This document shows, piece by piece, positions 46,441 through 54,357 of a stretch of DNA of 64,000 nucleotides (positions are counted from its first letter, which is position 1; every line of letters starts with the position of its first letter). The notes beneath the pieces are model-generated. The model worked only from the letters and a program-made list of their open reading frames with translations, had not been told where the DNA came from and did not search any database. The translations under genes and the position numbers were made by a program. Source of the stretch: Candidatus Babelota bacterium (GTDB lineage Bacteria > Babelota > Babeliae > Babelales > GCA-2401785); NCBI GenBank assembly GCA_016871815.1, contig VHBT01000002.1, positions 17,359 through 81,358 on the forward strand. Direction: 5' to 3'.

Positions 46441-46525
46441 TGGTGGGGAGAACAGGATTCGAACCTGTGAAGGCTGAGCCAACGGATTTACAGTCCGTCC
46501 CCTTTGGCCGCTCGGGAATCTCCCC
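46441..46525 (-). tRNA. tRNA-Tyr (anticodon GTA), long variable arm, CCA encoded
   Basis: GGGGAGATTCCCGAGCGGCCAAAGGGGACGGACTGTAAATCCGTTGGCTCAGCCTTCACAGGTTCGAATCCTGTTCTCCCCACCA, with anticodon loop CTGTAAA. Confidence 0.9.
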
Positions 46526-46701
46526 CTCAAGATCTAGCTGTATAACGCCCGAGGAAAATAACGTATATCAAAAAACAATTAACTTTAAAGACACATGTGG
46601 CCACATATGTCAAAGTCACTATTGGATAGAATAATTATTCTGATGAGTATTGCAAGGGCTTTTGAAACAACTTTTGTTTTTTTAGACACTTTTTTTAATA
46701 T

Positions 46702-47169
46702 TTATACAAATCGAGAGACAACTAAGTCTCGCTTTTGAGGATTTTTCGCATCGTATAAAATATCTATCCACACAACCCGTGAGCGCAAAATATCATCTTG
46801 CAACAAATCAGAAATCACTTCGGGCCACTCAACCACCATAGAATGAGCGATATCAAACAAAATTTCATCAAACCCAAGTTCAAAAAACATTTCGACAGAT
46901 TCAACTCGATACAAGTCAAAATGATACACTGAATGACCTGAAGTAGTTTCATATCGACAAAAATATGAATAAGTTGGACTAATAACCACATCAAAAACAC
47001 CCAATTGTCGTAACAATTCCTTTGAAAGTGTTGTTTTTCCGGCTCCAATTTCGCCGCGCAACGCAAATATTGTACCCTTTTCCCACAATGGCAAAATCTT
47101 TTCTTTAACAATTACGGCGGTTGACTCCACCTCATACACGCTCGAATCTTGTATTTGCTCTTTTTGCAC
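46702..47169 (-). CDS. tsaE: tRNA t6A37 threonylcarbamoyl-transfer ATPase TsaE (YjeE)
   Basis: 155 aa. LRGEIGAGKTTLSKELLRQLGV, VISPTYSY, VYHFDLYRVES and VVEWPE. Confidence 0.85.
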   Translation of the reverse strand: MQKEQIQDSSVYEVESTAVIVKEKILPLWEKGTIFALRGEIGAGKTTLSKELLRQLGVFDVVISPTYSYFCRYETTSGHSVYHFDLYRVESVEMFFELGFDEILFDIAHSMVVEWPEVISDLLQDDILRSRVVWIDILYDAKNPQKRDLVVSRFV

Positions 47170-47177
47170 TTTTACAC

Positions 47178-47816
47178 CTACATCTTTTTCAAAATACGCA
47201 TAAGTCGCATATCGTTTTTAGAACTTGATTTTCCCAATTCACCTATTTTTTCATCGTCATAAAAAGCGGCATCGTCTTCTTTTTTACTAACAACATTTCT
47301 TGTCGACTGCTCCATCAAGATTCTTAATAAATCCTTTGTTTCATCGCTTCGACCATCCATGTGGTCATATTCTGTAAGAACAGTTTTTTTTGGCAATGCA
47401 ACCGATTTGTGAGTATTAATCTCCCTCATCGCAGAAAACACCAATTCCCTAAAATCACTCGCCCCCACAACAGCATCAACGAAATTAAAAACCTTTTTTG
47501 CTAAACCACGATCATCAGAAACAACAACGCAACACGGATGACGACTATCAACAACATAATTAAAAATCCAATCATCAGCTATTTGTCGATACCCAACATA
47601 TACCTCAACAACATCACCAACAAATCTTTTTTCTGGATACGCAAGACTCCCGCCATCAAAAACTAATACTAATTTTTTGATAGTTTTTTTTCTTTTTTCA
47701 GCATATTTTCGCATTTTTGCGCAAAATAAACTTCTTTCTGAGTCGTCCACCTGAGTACCGGCTGTCTTTTTCCCAAAAAGCCTTATAACATTATACGCAT
47801 CGACAACCACCACCAC
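47178..47816 (-). CDS. YacP/Rae1-like NYN-domain ribonuclease
   Basis: 212 aa. VVVDAYNVIR, LVLVFDGG, VEVYVGYRQIADDWI and CCVVVSDD parallel the VDGYN / VVFDa / tADe.I / vaTSD pattern of B. subtilis YacP. Confidence 0.55.
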   Translation of the reverse strand: MVVVVDAYNVIRLFGKKTAGTQVDDSERSLFCAKMRKYAEKRKKTIKKLVLVFDGGSLAYPEKRFVGDVVEVYVGYRQIADDWIFNYVVDSRHPCCVVVSDDRGLAKKVFNFVDAVVGASDFRELVFSAMREINTHKSVALPKKTVLTEYDHMDGRSDETKDLLRILMEQSTRNVVSKKEDDAAFYDDEKIGELGKSSSKNDMRLMRILKKM

Positions 47817-47904
47817 TGGATTTTTTCCTTACCGTAAAATTGCCTCGGTCGCTTCGTTTGATTTACGATGAGGCGATAAAAAATAACCCAATTAAAATGA
47901 TATC

Positions 47905-48810
47905 ATGTTTAACATAAATCAAATTAAACACAGAATTGCATCAATCACTAAAACTCAAAAAATCACCTACGCTATGCGATTGGTTGCAATGTCTTTGTAC
48001 AATAGAAGCGAAAAAAAACGACGTGAGTCGTCACTCTGGATTTCTGAGTTAAAATCAAACTTCAAGGCACTTCAACAGCACAAAAGCACTTTTGAGCAAG
48101 TTCGCACCAATGACTCACCCCCGCCTCAAGATGAACTTGTTATTATCCTCTCATCAACAAAAGGCCTCTGTGGCGGATATCACGAGTCATTAAGAAAATT
48201 TTTAAACTCTCGCACAAAAAACAGCTCATCAACACCAGACTTGATTAAAATTGGACAAAAAACACATTTAATTTGCAAAACAAGCTACACAACGGCTACA
48301 TGCGTCAAACACATAGAGGTTTTAAACGCCAACAATGTATATGATACCGCAAGAGAAATAATGCTTTTTATTTATGAAAAAAATTATAAAACTGTTCGTC
48401 TTTTTAGTAATCGATTCATCAATTTTTTTTCTTATAAGCCGACAGAAACAATTCTTTACCCCTTCAGCCAACTCAGCGAAGTTGATGCACGAGAACAAAC
48501 CGTTCGACACATTTATTCTTTTAATCAAAAAGCCGAATCTTCTAGCAGCATCTCACATTACAGTGAGTTATTTCACCTTGAGCAATCAGAAAAACTTATG
48601 TTCCAGCAAATAACCGAACAATTCGGGATCGCCCTGCTAGTCAATCTTTTGCATGAAGCACTCATGGCAGAACAAAGTGCACGATTTGTCTCTATGGATG
48701 CGGCAACAAAAAATGCATCTTCAGCTCTTGAAAAATTAAAACTACACTGTAATAAATTACGTCAAACATTAATCACCAGAGAAGTTGCTGAACTTTCACG
48801 AGCGCTCTAG
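47905..48810 (+). CDS. atpG: F1 ATP synthase gamma-subunit-like protein, stand-alone and divergent
   Basis: 301 aa. The N-terminus INQIKHRIASITKTQKITYAMRLVAMS and C-terminus AEQSARFVSMDAATKNASSALEKLKLHCNKLRQTLITREVAELS match the two conserved gamma helices. No other atp genes flank it. Confidence 0.55.
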   Translation: MFNINQIKHRIASITKTQKITYAMRLVAMSLYNRSEKKRRESSLWISELKSNFKALQQHKSTFEQVRTNDSPPPQDELVIILSSTKGLCGGYHESLRKFLNSRTKNSSSTPDLIKIGQKTHLICKTSYTTATCVKHIEVLNANNVYDTAREIMLFIYEKNYKTVRLFSNRFINFFSYKPTETILYPFSQLSEVDAREQTVRHIYSFNQKAESSSSISHYSELFHLEQSEKLMFQQITEQFGIALLVNLLHEALMAEQSARFVSMDAATKNASSALEKLKLHCNKLRQTLITREVAELSRAL

Positions 48811-48831
48811 GCATATTTTGAGGAGAAAACA

Positions 48832-49458
48832 ATGCAATATCACAACCAAGGAAGATTAGAAGTTATTTGTGGATCAATGTTTTCCGGGAAAACAGAAGAA
48901 CTCTTGCGCCGCTTGCGCAGAGCAGAAATCGCAAAAAAACGTGTTCTTACCATAAAAAATCATATCGATACTCGTAGTGGAACAACTATTATCACAAGCC
49001 ATAACGGCAACCTGCGCGAAGCGCATCCGCTTGAAAACTCTCCTGCTATGGTAAATTTAATTACACGCATGGCTGAAGACGCAGATGTCATCGGAATCGA
49101 TGAAATACAATTTTTTTCAACCGAAATTCTTCATGCGCTTAGATCGCTTGTACATCAGGGAAAACGAATTGTTGTTGCTGGACTTGACCTTGATTTTCGC
49201 GGCGAACCATTTCCGACCGTCGCCTCTCTTCTCGCACTTGCAGATGAAGTGTATAAGCTGAATGCAATCTGCATCTCCTGTGGAGAAAATGCACACTTCA
49301 GCCAACGACTCATCAACGGAGCTCCAGCGTCTTTTTATGATCCAATTATTCTTGTTGGAGCATCTGAATTTTATGAAGCACGCTGCAGAAGCTGCTTTGT
49401 CCTAAAAGACAATCCCTACAAGGCGATGTATAAACCTCTCGTTCGCACGCAACTATAA
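48832..49458 (+). CDS. tdk: Thymidine kinase
   Basis: 208 aa. P-loop GSMFSGKTEELLRRLRR, IDEIQFF, GLDLDFRGEPF and Zn motif CISCGENA...ARCRSC. Confidence 0.9.
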   Translation: MQYHNQGRLEVICGSMFSGKTEELLRRLRRAEIAKKRVLTIKNHIDTRSGTTIITSHNGNLREAHPLENSPAMVNLITRMAEDADVIGIDEIQFFSTEILHALRSLVHQGKRIVVAGLDLDFRGEPFPTVASLLALADEVYKLNAICISCGENAHFSQRLINGAPASFYDPIILVGASEFYEARCRSCFVLKDNPYKAMYKPLVRTQL

Positions 49459-49460
49459 CA

Positions 49461-50819
49461 ATGGCTAAGCAAAAAACTATTTTTTTTTGCACAAACTGTG
49501 GCCAAGAATCAGCTCGCTGGATCGGATGCTGCACCCAATGCAACGAATGGAATACCTACACCGAATTTAAAGAAGCAAAAAACCCAAAAAAATCCGCTCC
49601 TTTAAACAAAGTGTCATCAACGGTCATGCATTCGCTTAATGAAATTTCAACCGAACAGTTTCCTCGATTTATAAGTGGAATTGACGAGTGGGATAGAGTC
49701 TCGGGAGGCGGCATTCTTCCAGGAGCATTTATTATTCTTACCGGCGATCCAGGTGTTGGCAAATCAACATTACTCCTTCAACTCGGACACGCACTATCGA
49801 CCAACGACAAAACAGTTTTTTATTTTTCCTCAGAAGAATCATTGCAACAAGTTAAAAACCGCGCAACAAGAATTGGAATCGCTCACACAGCGATGCAATT
49901 TTCTGACCAAACCCATCTAGAAACAATTATTGCTATCGCAAAAGAACAAAAACCCCACATCATGATCATCGATTCAATCCAAAGCTGTATTGTCGAAAGT
50001 GATGAATATTCATTTCCCGGTACCGTTGGGCAACTCAAAACCGCTGCGTTTGAACTCATGCGCCTTGCAAAAGAAAACAATATCGCAATCATCATTACCG
50101 GTCACATAACAAAAGATGGTACCATGGCTGGACCAAAAGTACTTGAGCACATGGTGGATGCGGTATTTTACTTGCAGGGTGATGACAGATTTGAAACGCG
50201 TATTTTGAGAGCCGTAAAAAATCGATTTGGCACCATCAACGAGATTGGCTTTTTCCAAATGAATGCCGACGGCATGTCGCAAGTGTCTGATATCAACGCT
50301 CTTGTTATTCAAAATGCATCAATCAGCCCTGGAGCATCACTCATCTGCTCAATGGAAGGCACTCGGCCTGTGCTTGTTGAAGTTCAAGCACTGTGTATTG
50401 AATCCAAATTTGGCACACCACAACGAGTTATCAGCGGCCTTGATCATAAACGAGTTGTGCTCGTTGCAGCGATTTTAGAAAAGTATCTCCGCATTAAACT
50501 CAGCTCACAAGATATCTTCTTTAAAGTCACTGGCGGCTTTACGGTTAAAGAGACGGGCAGCGATTTGGGAATAGCCCTGGCATTATTGTCATCCTACCTT
50601 CAAAAAGCTCTTCCTCCACACACGATGGCCCTTGGAGAAATGAGTCTAACAGGTCACATAAAACCAATTTCATCAAGCGAAAAACAATTACTCGAAGCGC
50701 ATAAGTTTGGTATCAAAAATTTAATAACTTCACACAAGACCGTAGCCGGAAAAAATAAATTTGAAACAGTCACAGGCCTCCGCAGCGTATACGACCTGGT
50801 CGCTATTTTCCCAGAATAA
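49461..50819 (+). CDS. radA: DNA repair protein RadA/Sms
   Basis: 452 aa. Zn finger FFCTNCGQESARWIGCCTQCNEWNT, Walker A GDPGVGKSTLLLQ, KNRFG motif and a Lon-like C-terminal domain. Confidence 0.95.
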   Translation: MAKQKTIFFCTNCGQESARWIGCCTQCNEWNTYTEFKEAKNPKKSAPLNKVSSTVMHSLNEISTEQFPRFISGIDEWDRVSGGGILPGAFIILTGDPGVGKSTLLLQLGHALSTNDKTVFYFSSEESLQQVKNRATRIGIAHTAMQFSDQTHLETIIAIAKEQKPHIMIIDSIQSCIVESDEYSFPGTVGQLKTAAFELMRLAKENNIAIIITGHITKDGTMAGPKVLEHMVDAVFYLQGDDRFETRILRAVKNRFGTINEIGFFQMNADGMSQVSDINALVIQNASISPGASLICSMEGTRPVLVEVQALCIESKFGTPQRVISGLDHKRVVLVAAILEKYLRIKLSSQDIFFKVTGGFTVKETGSDLGIALALLSSYLQKALPPHTMALGEMSLTGHIKPISSSEKQLLEAHKFGIKNLITSHKTVAGKNKFETVTGLRSVYDLVAIFPE

Positions 50820-50856
50820 CCAGCAGATTAATATGTATCTTTTTTAAGCCTGAAAC

Positions 50857-50888
50857 AGTAATTGTGGACTTAAAAGTCCACAATTACT
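50857..50888 (+). terminator. Strong stem-loop 38 nt downstream of radA (probable terminator)
   Basis: agtaattgtggactt (50857-50871) and aagtccacaattact (50874-50888) are perfect 15-nt reverse complements, followed by an A/T-rich tract. Confidence 0.6.
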
Positions 50889-50927
50889 CAAAATATTTTT
50901 ATTCATGAAATATTTTAGGAAGAGCTC

Positions 50928-51548
50928 ATGGGCAACAATCTGTCTCATTTATTTTTAAGCGTAATAATGTTTTTAAGCTGCGCATCATTGGAATCAATTT
51001 TTTTTGCGGGATATTTTAAAGCAAGAAGAGACTATGCTCATGCCGTACAAATTAACAAGTTTGAAGAAACGCTACACGGTAAACATCCAAACAAATGTAC
51101 TTCTTTATTTTCCGAAGAAGAACTTACAGATTGGCTTATTGGCAATCCATGGTTTATGCCTCCCGACAAAGATGCTCGCATGCCCCTATTTGGCCCTTGC
51201 ATAAAAAGATACACATTTAAAAAAAATAATTTATTTAAATTCTCGCTATCAAAACTACCTCACTACTCAGGAAAAATCGCTCGCTGTAAAACATATCATC
51301 ATGTTTTTGTAAATATTCCAATTATTGAAAAACAATGCTCGATGGATAAGCTAAAATTCTCATGGCCTTATGCGCTTTCTATGTCAATTTACCTAAAAAA
51401 TGGATATAGAAATAAATTTAGCTCCTGCAATAAGCCATCAATTATAACGTTGAAACAAGGTAAAATAACATTTCGAGAAGAACTCCCTGATGAGGTCTGG
51501 ATTAAAAAATTTTATGTTGACCCTGTAGATTGGACTCCTAAGTTCTAA
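50928..51548 (+). CDS. Hypothetical protein (206 aa) with an N-terminal hydrophobic segment
   Basis: ORF with MGNNLSHLFLSVIMFLSCASL, Cys- and Lys-rich, no family recognised. It lies between radA and a relic of the radA 3' end. Confidence 0.5.
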   Translation: MGNNLSHLFLSVIMFLSCASLESIFFAGYFKARRDYAHAVQINKFEETLHGKHPNKCTSLFSEEELTDWLIGNPWFMPPDKDARMPLFGPCIKRYTFKKNNLFKFSLSKLPHYSGKIARCKTYHHVFVNIPIIEKQCSMDKLKFSWPYALSMSIYLKNGYRNKFSSCNKPSIITLKQGKITFREELPDEVWIKKFYVDPVDWTPKF

Positions 51549-51567
51549 TTTTTATTAACATTTTTGA

Positions 51568-51657
51568 ATAAAAACCGCTTTTTGCAAAAACAAATTCGAG
51601 AGTATTCTTGGCCTTAGGAGTGTTTACGACCTTGTATCGATTTTTCCTGAAGAATAA
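51568..51657 (+). pseudogene. Relic duplicate of the last ~29 codons of radA
   Basis: Translation IKTAFCKNKFESILGLRSVYDLVSIFPEE* compared with the radA C-terminus ITSHKTVAGKNKFETVTGLRSVYDLVAIFPE*. The frame is closed upstream by TGA at 51565-51567. Confidence 0.7.
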
Positions 51658-51786
51658 TTCGCTACAACAAACAACAATACCAAAAAAGAAAACCGCCTAA
51701 TAAGTATTCTTATTGATTGTGCAGAACAATTACAAAAACATATTTCACACCCAATTAATCGGGTTTAAGAACACGCAACACCACTC

Positions 51787-52245
51787 TTGGACACCTGGCA
51801 TGCGACTGCGCTGGATGCTCAACAAAAAACAGTTGCTCTTTTTATCAATCAAGTCAGTGAATTTTGCCTAATTAGTGAAATTTCTGGAAAAATTTCACTT
51901 GAAAACGCTGTTAGCCTTTTTATCAACGCACTAAATGAACAACTTAAAGAAAATAGCGCAATCAATCAGTATCACCACACGTTTGATCATAAAATTAAAC
52001 ATGGCGTTACATTTACTAAAGGCTCAGAATCAGAAGTACACTGGATTGTATCTGCTATCGAAAAATTATTGATGGAAAATCCTGAATTAGCAAAAGATAC
52101 CGCACGACTTTCACACAAAATAAACAATTCAGAATTTCCTGAGCTTAAATTTCACACACCAACTCAAAAATTATCCCTCACCCTGGTATCACTTCCCCAC
52201 GACGAGAATAAAAAAGGCCCATCAAAAATGGGCCTACATTTTTAG
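51787..52245 (+). CDS. Hypothetical protein (152 aa, TTG start)
   Basis: ORF only, no family recognised. It ends inside a terminator-like hairpin. Confidence 0.4.
   Translation: MDTWHATALDAQQKTVALFINQVSEFCLISEISGKISLENAVSLFINALNEQLKENSAINQYHHTFDHKIKHGVTFTKGSESEVHWIVSAIEKLLMENPELAKDTARLSHKINNSEFPELKFHTPTQKLSLTLVSLPHDENKKGPSKMGLHF
52215..52243. terminator. Bidirectional Rho-independent terminator between convergent ORFs
   Basis: aggcccat (52215-52222) pairs with atgggcct (52228-52235) around a 5-nt loop. It is flanked by an A6 run upstream (a U-run on the minus strand) and by acaTTTTT downstream. Confidence 0.65.
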
Positions 52246-52473
52246 TTACTTTTTAATCAATTGACGTGCCGTTACAATAAACACGCCTCTTCTTTTACGT
52301 GCATCGACGGCAATCGGAGAATTTCCATAATAATCACATGCGGAGCATTTTCTTGACGATTTTCTTGAGTCAACACTAGAAGGTGTTGCTGTGGCAGAGC
52401 TCGCACCAGAAGAAGATCGCCCAACCTTTTTAACAAAATCAGACAATGAATCTTCTGGAATAGCAACACTCAA
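52246..52473 (-). CDS. Small hypothetical protein (75 aa, TTG start), Ser/Arg/Lys-rich
   Basis: ORF only. It is followed on its own strand by the 52215-52243 hairpin plus U-run. Confidence 0.3.
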   Translation of the reverse strand: MSVAIPEDSLSDFVKKVGRSSSGASSATATPSSVDSRKSSRKCSACDYYGNSPIAVDARKRRGVFIVTARQLIKK

Positions 52474-52524
52474 CTCCGCTAATGGCTTGCTATCAACATG
52501 AGCTGATTCTTCATGAATTTCTTT

Positions 52525-53025
52525 CTAATCGCCTTCTTGATTAGAACAAAAAAAACAATCCGAAGACGTTGCTGAGTCAAAAACAGCTAAAAGAGCTATC
52601 ATAAGGCCTTCAATTCTCTCAATTCCTTTTTCTGGATCAATAGAATTTACCCAAATTTGCGCTTTTGCGCGATCAAGAAGCTCATCCAACCGAGCCCTTG
52701 TGCCTGCATACAAATCGGCTATCAAAGAGATATCATCAATAGAAACCATGTCAAGAAGAACAGCTTTATAAAAAAATAAATTTACAAAATTTATTTGCAA
52801 GGAAGGGCGATCGCTCATCCGTAACAACGATTTTAAAAACAAATCAAAGGACCTTTTTAAAGAACTCGTAGAATCATAAATCGAAGCATCAACAGATTTT
52901 GTAAATAATTGTTGAAATTGATATTTAAGCTCACCCTCTGACAACGAAAACAGTGAATGAACGGCAAAAATAGTACACAAAAAAAAGATTTTTAAATATT
53001 TTTTCACAACAAAACCGATCAACAA
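52525..53025 (-). CDS. Secreted hypothetical protein (166 aa)
   Basis: Signal-like KIFFLCTIFAVHSLFSLS, predicted helical, no family recognised. Confidence 0.5.
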   Translation of the reverse strand: MLIGFVVKKYLKIFFLCTIFAVHSLFSLSEGELKYQFQQLFTKSVDASIYDSTSSLKRSFDLFLKSLLRMSDRPSLQINFVNLFFYKAVLLDMVSIDDISLIADLYAGTRARLDELLDRAKAQIWVNSIDPEKGIERIEGLMIALLAVFDSATSSDCFFCSNQEGD

Positions 53026-53106
53026 CAGAACTCTTTATACTTTTAAAATTATTTCACTAAAGAAAATAATCACTCAATAAAAATAAAAAGCTGCGGTTTT
53101 AACGGT

Positions 53107-53127
53107 TAGACAATCCGGGCGTTGTTA
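53107..53127 (-). repeat. 21-bp exact copy of the prfA 3' terminus (direct repeat partner of 54359-54379)
   Basis: tagacaatccgggcgttgtta occurs at 53107-53127 and at 54359-54379. On the minus strand both copies encode NNARIV plus the last two bases of the stop codon. Confidence 0.85.
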
Positions 53128-53182
53128 AAAGTTTAAAAACCTCCATAAAACATTTAAGGACGATCTAAATAAAAAAGATGTG

Positions 53183-54340
53183 CTATTTAAGATTTGCTTT
53201 AAAGAAATCGGTAATGCCTTGATTAATAGCCTGCAATGCAATCTTACCATTTACCGCCCCAATCATAGCCGCAGTAGCTTGATTTTTAAAATAGATAGGC
53301 GAGTCTTTCAACAATAAAAGATCTGTAAATCCATTATGCCCTAGCCCGCTAATGACCTCACTATTTAGCGTGCGAATTGCGATCAAAGCCTCACGACGAG
53401 CATCAGCAATAAAAGCAAGAGGGCAATTAAGTTGAGCAGAAAGCTCTTCATCGCTCGAAGGAAGATAAAATGTCTCAACAGATGTTTGCGCAAAATAAAT
53501 TTTGCTTGATTTTGAAGGGATAACATCACCCAGTGCAACACCATCAAGACTTACACATGCCCTAAATAGGTTTTTTTTAGCCGCTAACATTAATGCAACA
53601 ACTCCACCAAAAGAGTGCCCCATCACACCAACTCGATCCATATCAAAAAGCCCATGCAAAAAAGACTCTGAATCGTCTTGCATCTTTTCTATTTCACTAA
53701 CTACCGAATCTACATCCGAAATCCATAATTCCTGATCTTCGTATTTATAGTAATCAGAAAGAAAAGAACTTTGCTTATCTTTATTAAACGTTACCGTTCG
53801 ATTGCCAGAAATAACTACCTTATTGGCAAAATGAGTATGCGATATTCCAACAACAATATATCCATGACTTACTAATTCATGAGCAAACAAACTATACATT
53901 TCAGGCGCACTTGCAAGATACCCATGAAGTAAAAAAATTACTGGAAATTTTTGCCGCACAGGTTGAGCTTTTTTTTGTACTGGAATTTTAATAGATCGAA
54001 GATCAGAAACTGATTCACGCTCCACTCCCATAAAATGATTAAACGTTTGCACGGCAGCTATAGCCTCATCATAATATGATTCAAGAGGATACGCTTCATC
54101 ATGTATTGCGGGATACCAAAAACGAACCTTCAATTCTCGTGGTTCGCTTGCAAAAAAGGGATCGTGCCTATCTTTATCAATCACCTGATGAACTATCGTG
54201 CCTACCTTATAGGGCCCTGTCAAATTTAAATCCAAGGCGTTTTTTAATTCCTTTTGATCACATTCAAGTTTTAATGACATAAAATAAAATCCCAAAACCC
54301 CGCTCAAAAACAATACGGCGATTAAAAATAACTTGTTCAT
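53183..54340 (-). CDS. Secreted alpha/beta hydrolase, PAF-acetylhydrolase/lipase-like
   Basis: 385 aa with a signal anchor. FPVIFLLHGYLASAPEMYSLFAHELVSHGYIVVGISHT and GVMGHSFGG resemble the PAF-AH (PF03403-like) family. A C-terminal GLGHNGFTD could supply the catalytic His. Confidence 0.55.
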   Translation of the reverse strand: MNKLFLIAVLFLSGVLGFYFMSLKLECDQKELKNALDLNLTGPYKVGTIVHQVIDKDRHDPFFASEPRELKVRFWYPAIHDEAYPLESYYDEAIAAVQTFNHFMGVERESVSDLRSIKIPVQKKAQPVRQKFPVIFLLHGYLASAPEMYSLFAHELVSHGYIVVGISHTHFANKVVISGNRTVTFNKDKQSSFLSDYYKYEDQELWISDVDSVVSEIEKMQDDSESFLHGLFDMDRVGVMGHSFGGVVALMLAAKKNLFRACVSLDGVALGDVIPSKSSKIYFAQTSVETFYLPSSDEELSAQLNCPLAFIADARREALIAIRTLNSEVISGLGHNGFTDLLLLKDSPIYFKNQATAAMIGAVNGKIALQAINQGITDFFKANLK

Positions 54341-54357
54341 ATTTTTCTTGTAAAAAA

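Noticed and set aside
45675-46634. Track ORFs 45675..45944 (N-terminal extension), 45988..46302 and 46440..46634
   Set aside because: Each runs across tRNA genes (Trp; Thr/Thr; Tyr), and their peptides are read-through of tRNA sequence. secE and rpmG were trimmed to their internal Met starts instead.
50928-50948. MGNNLSH at the N-terminus of the 206-aa orphan looks like a eukaryotic N-myristoylation motif (MGxxxS)
   Set aside because: The motif is short and is immediately followed by a hydrophobic stretch that looks like a signal peptide or TM. That is an equally good or better explanation, so the evidence is too weak to claim host lipidation.
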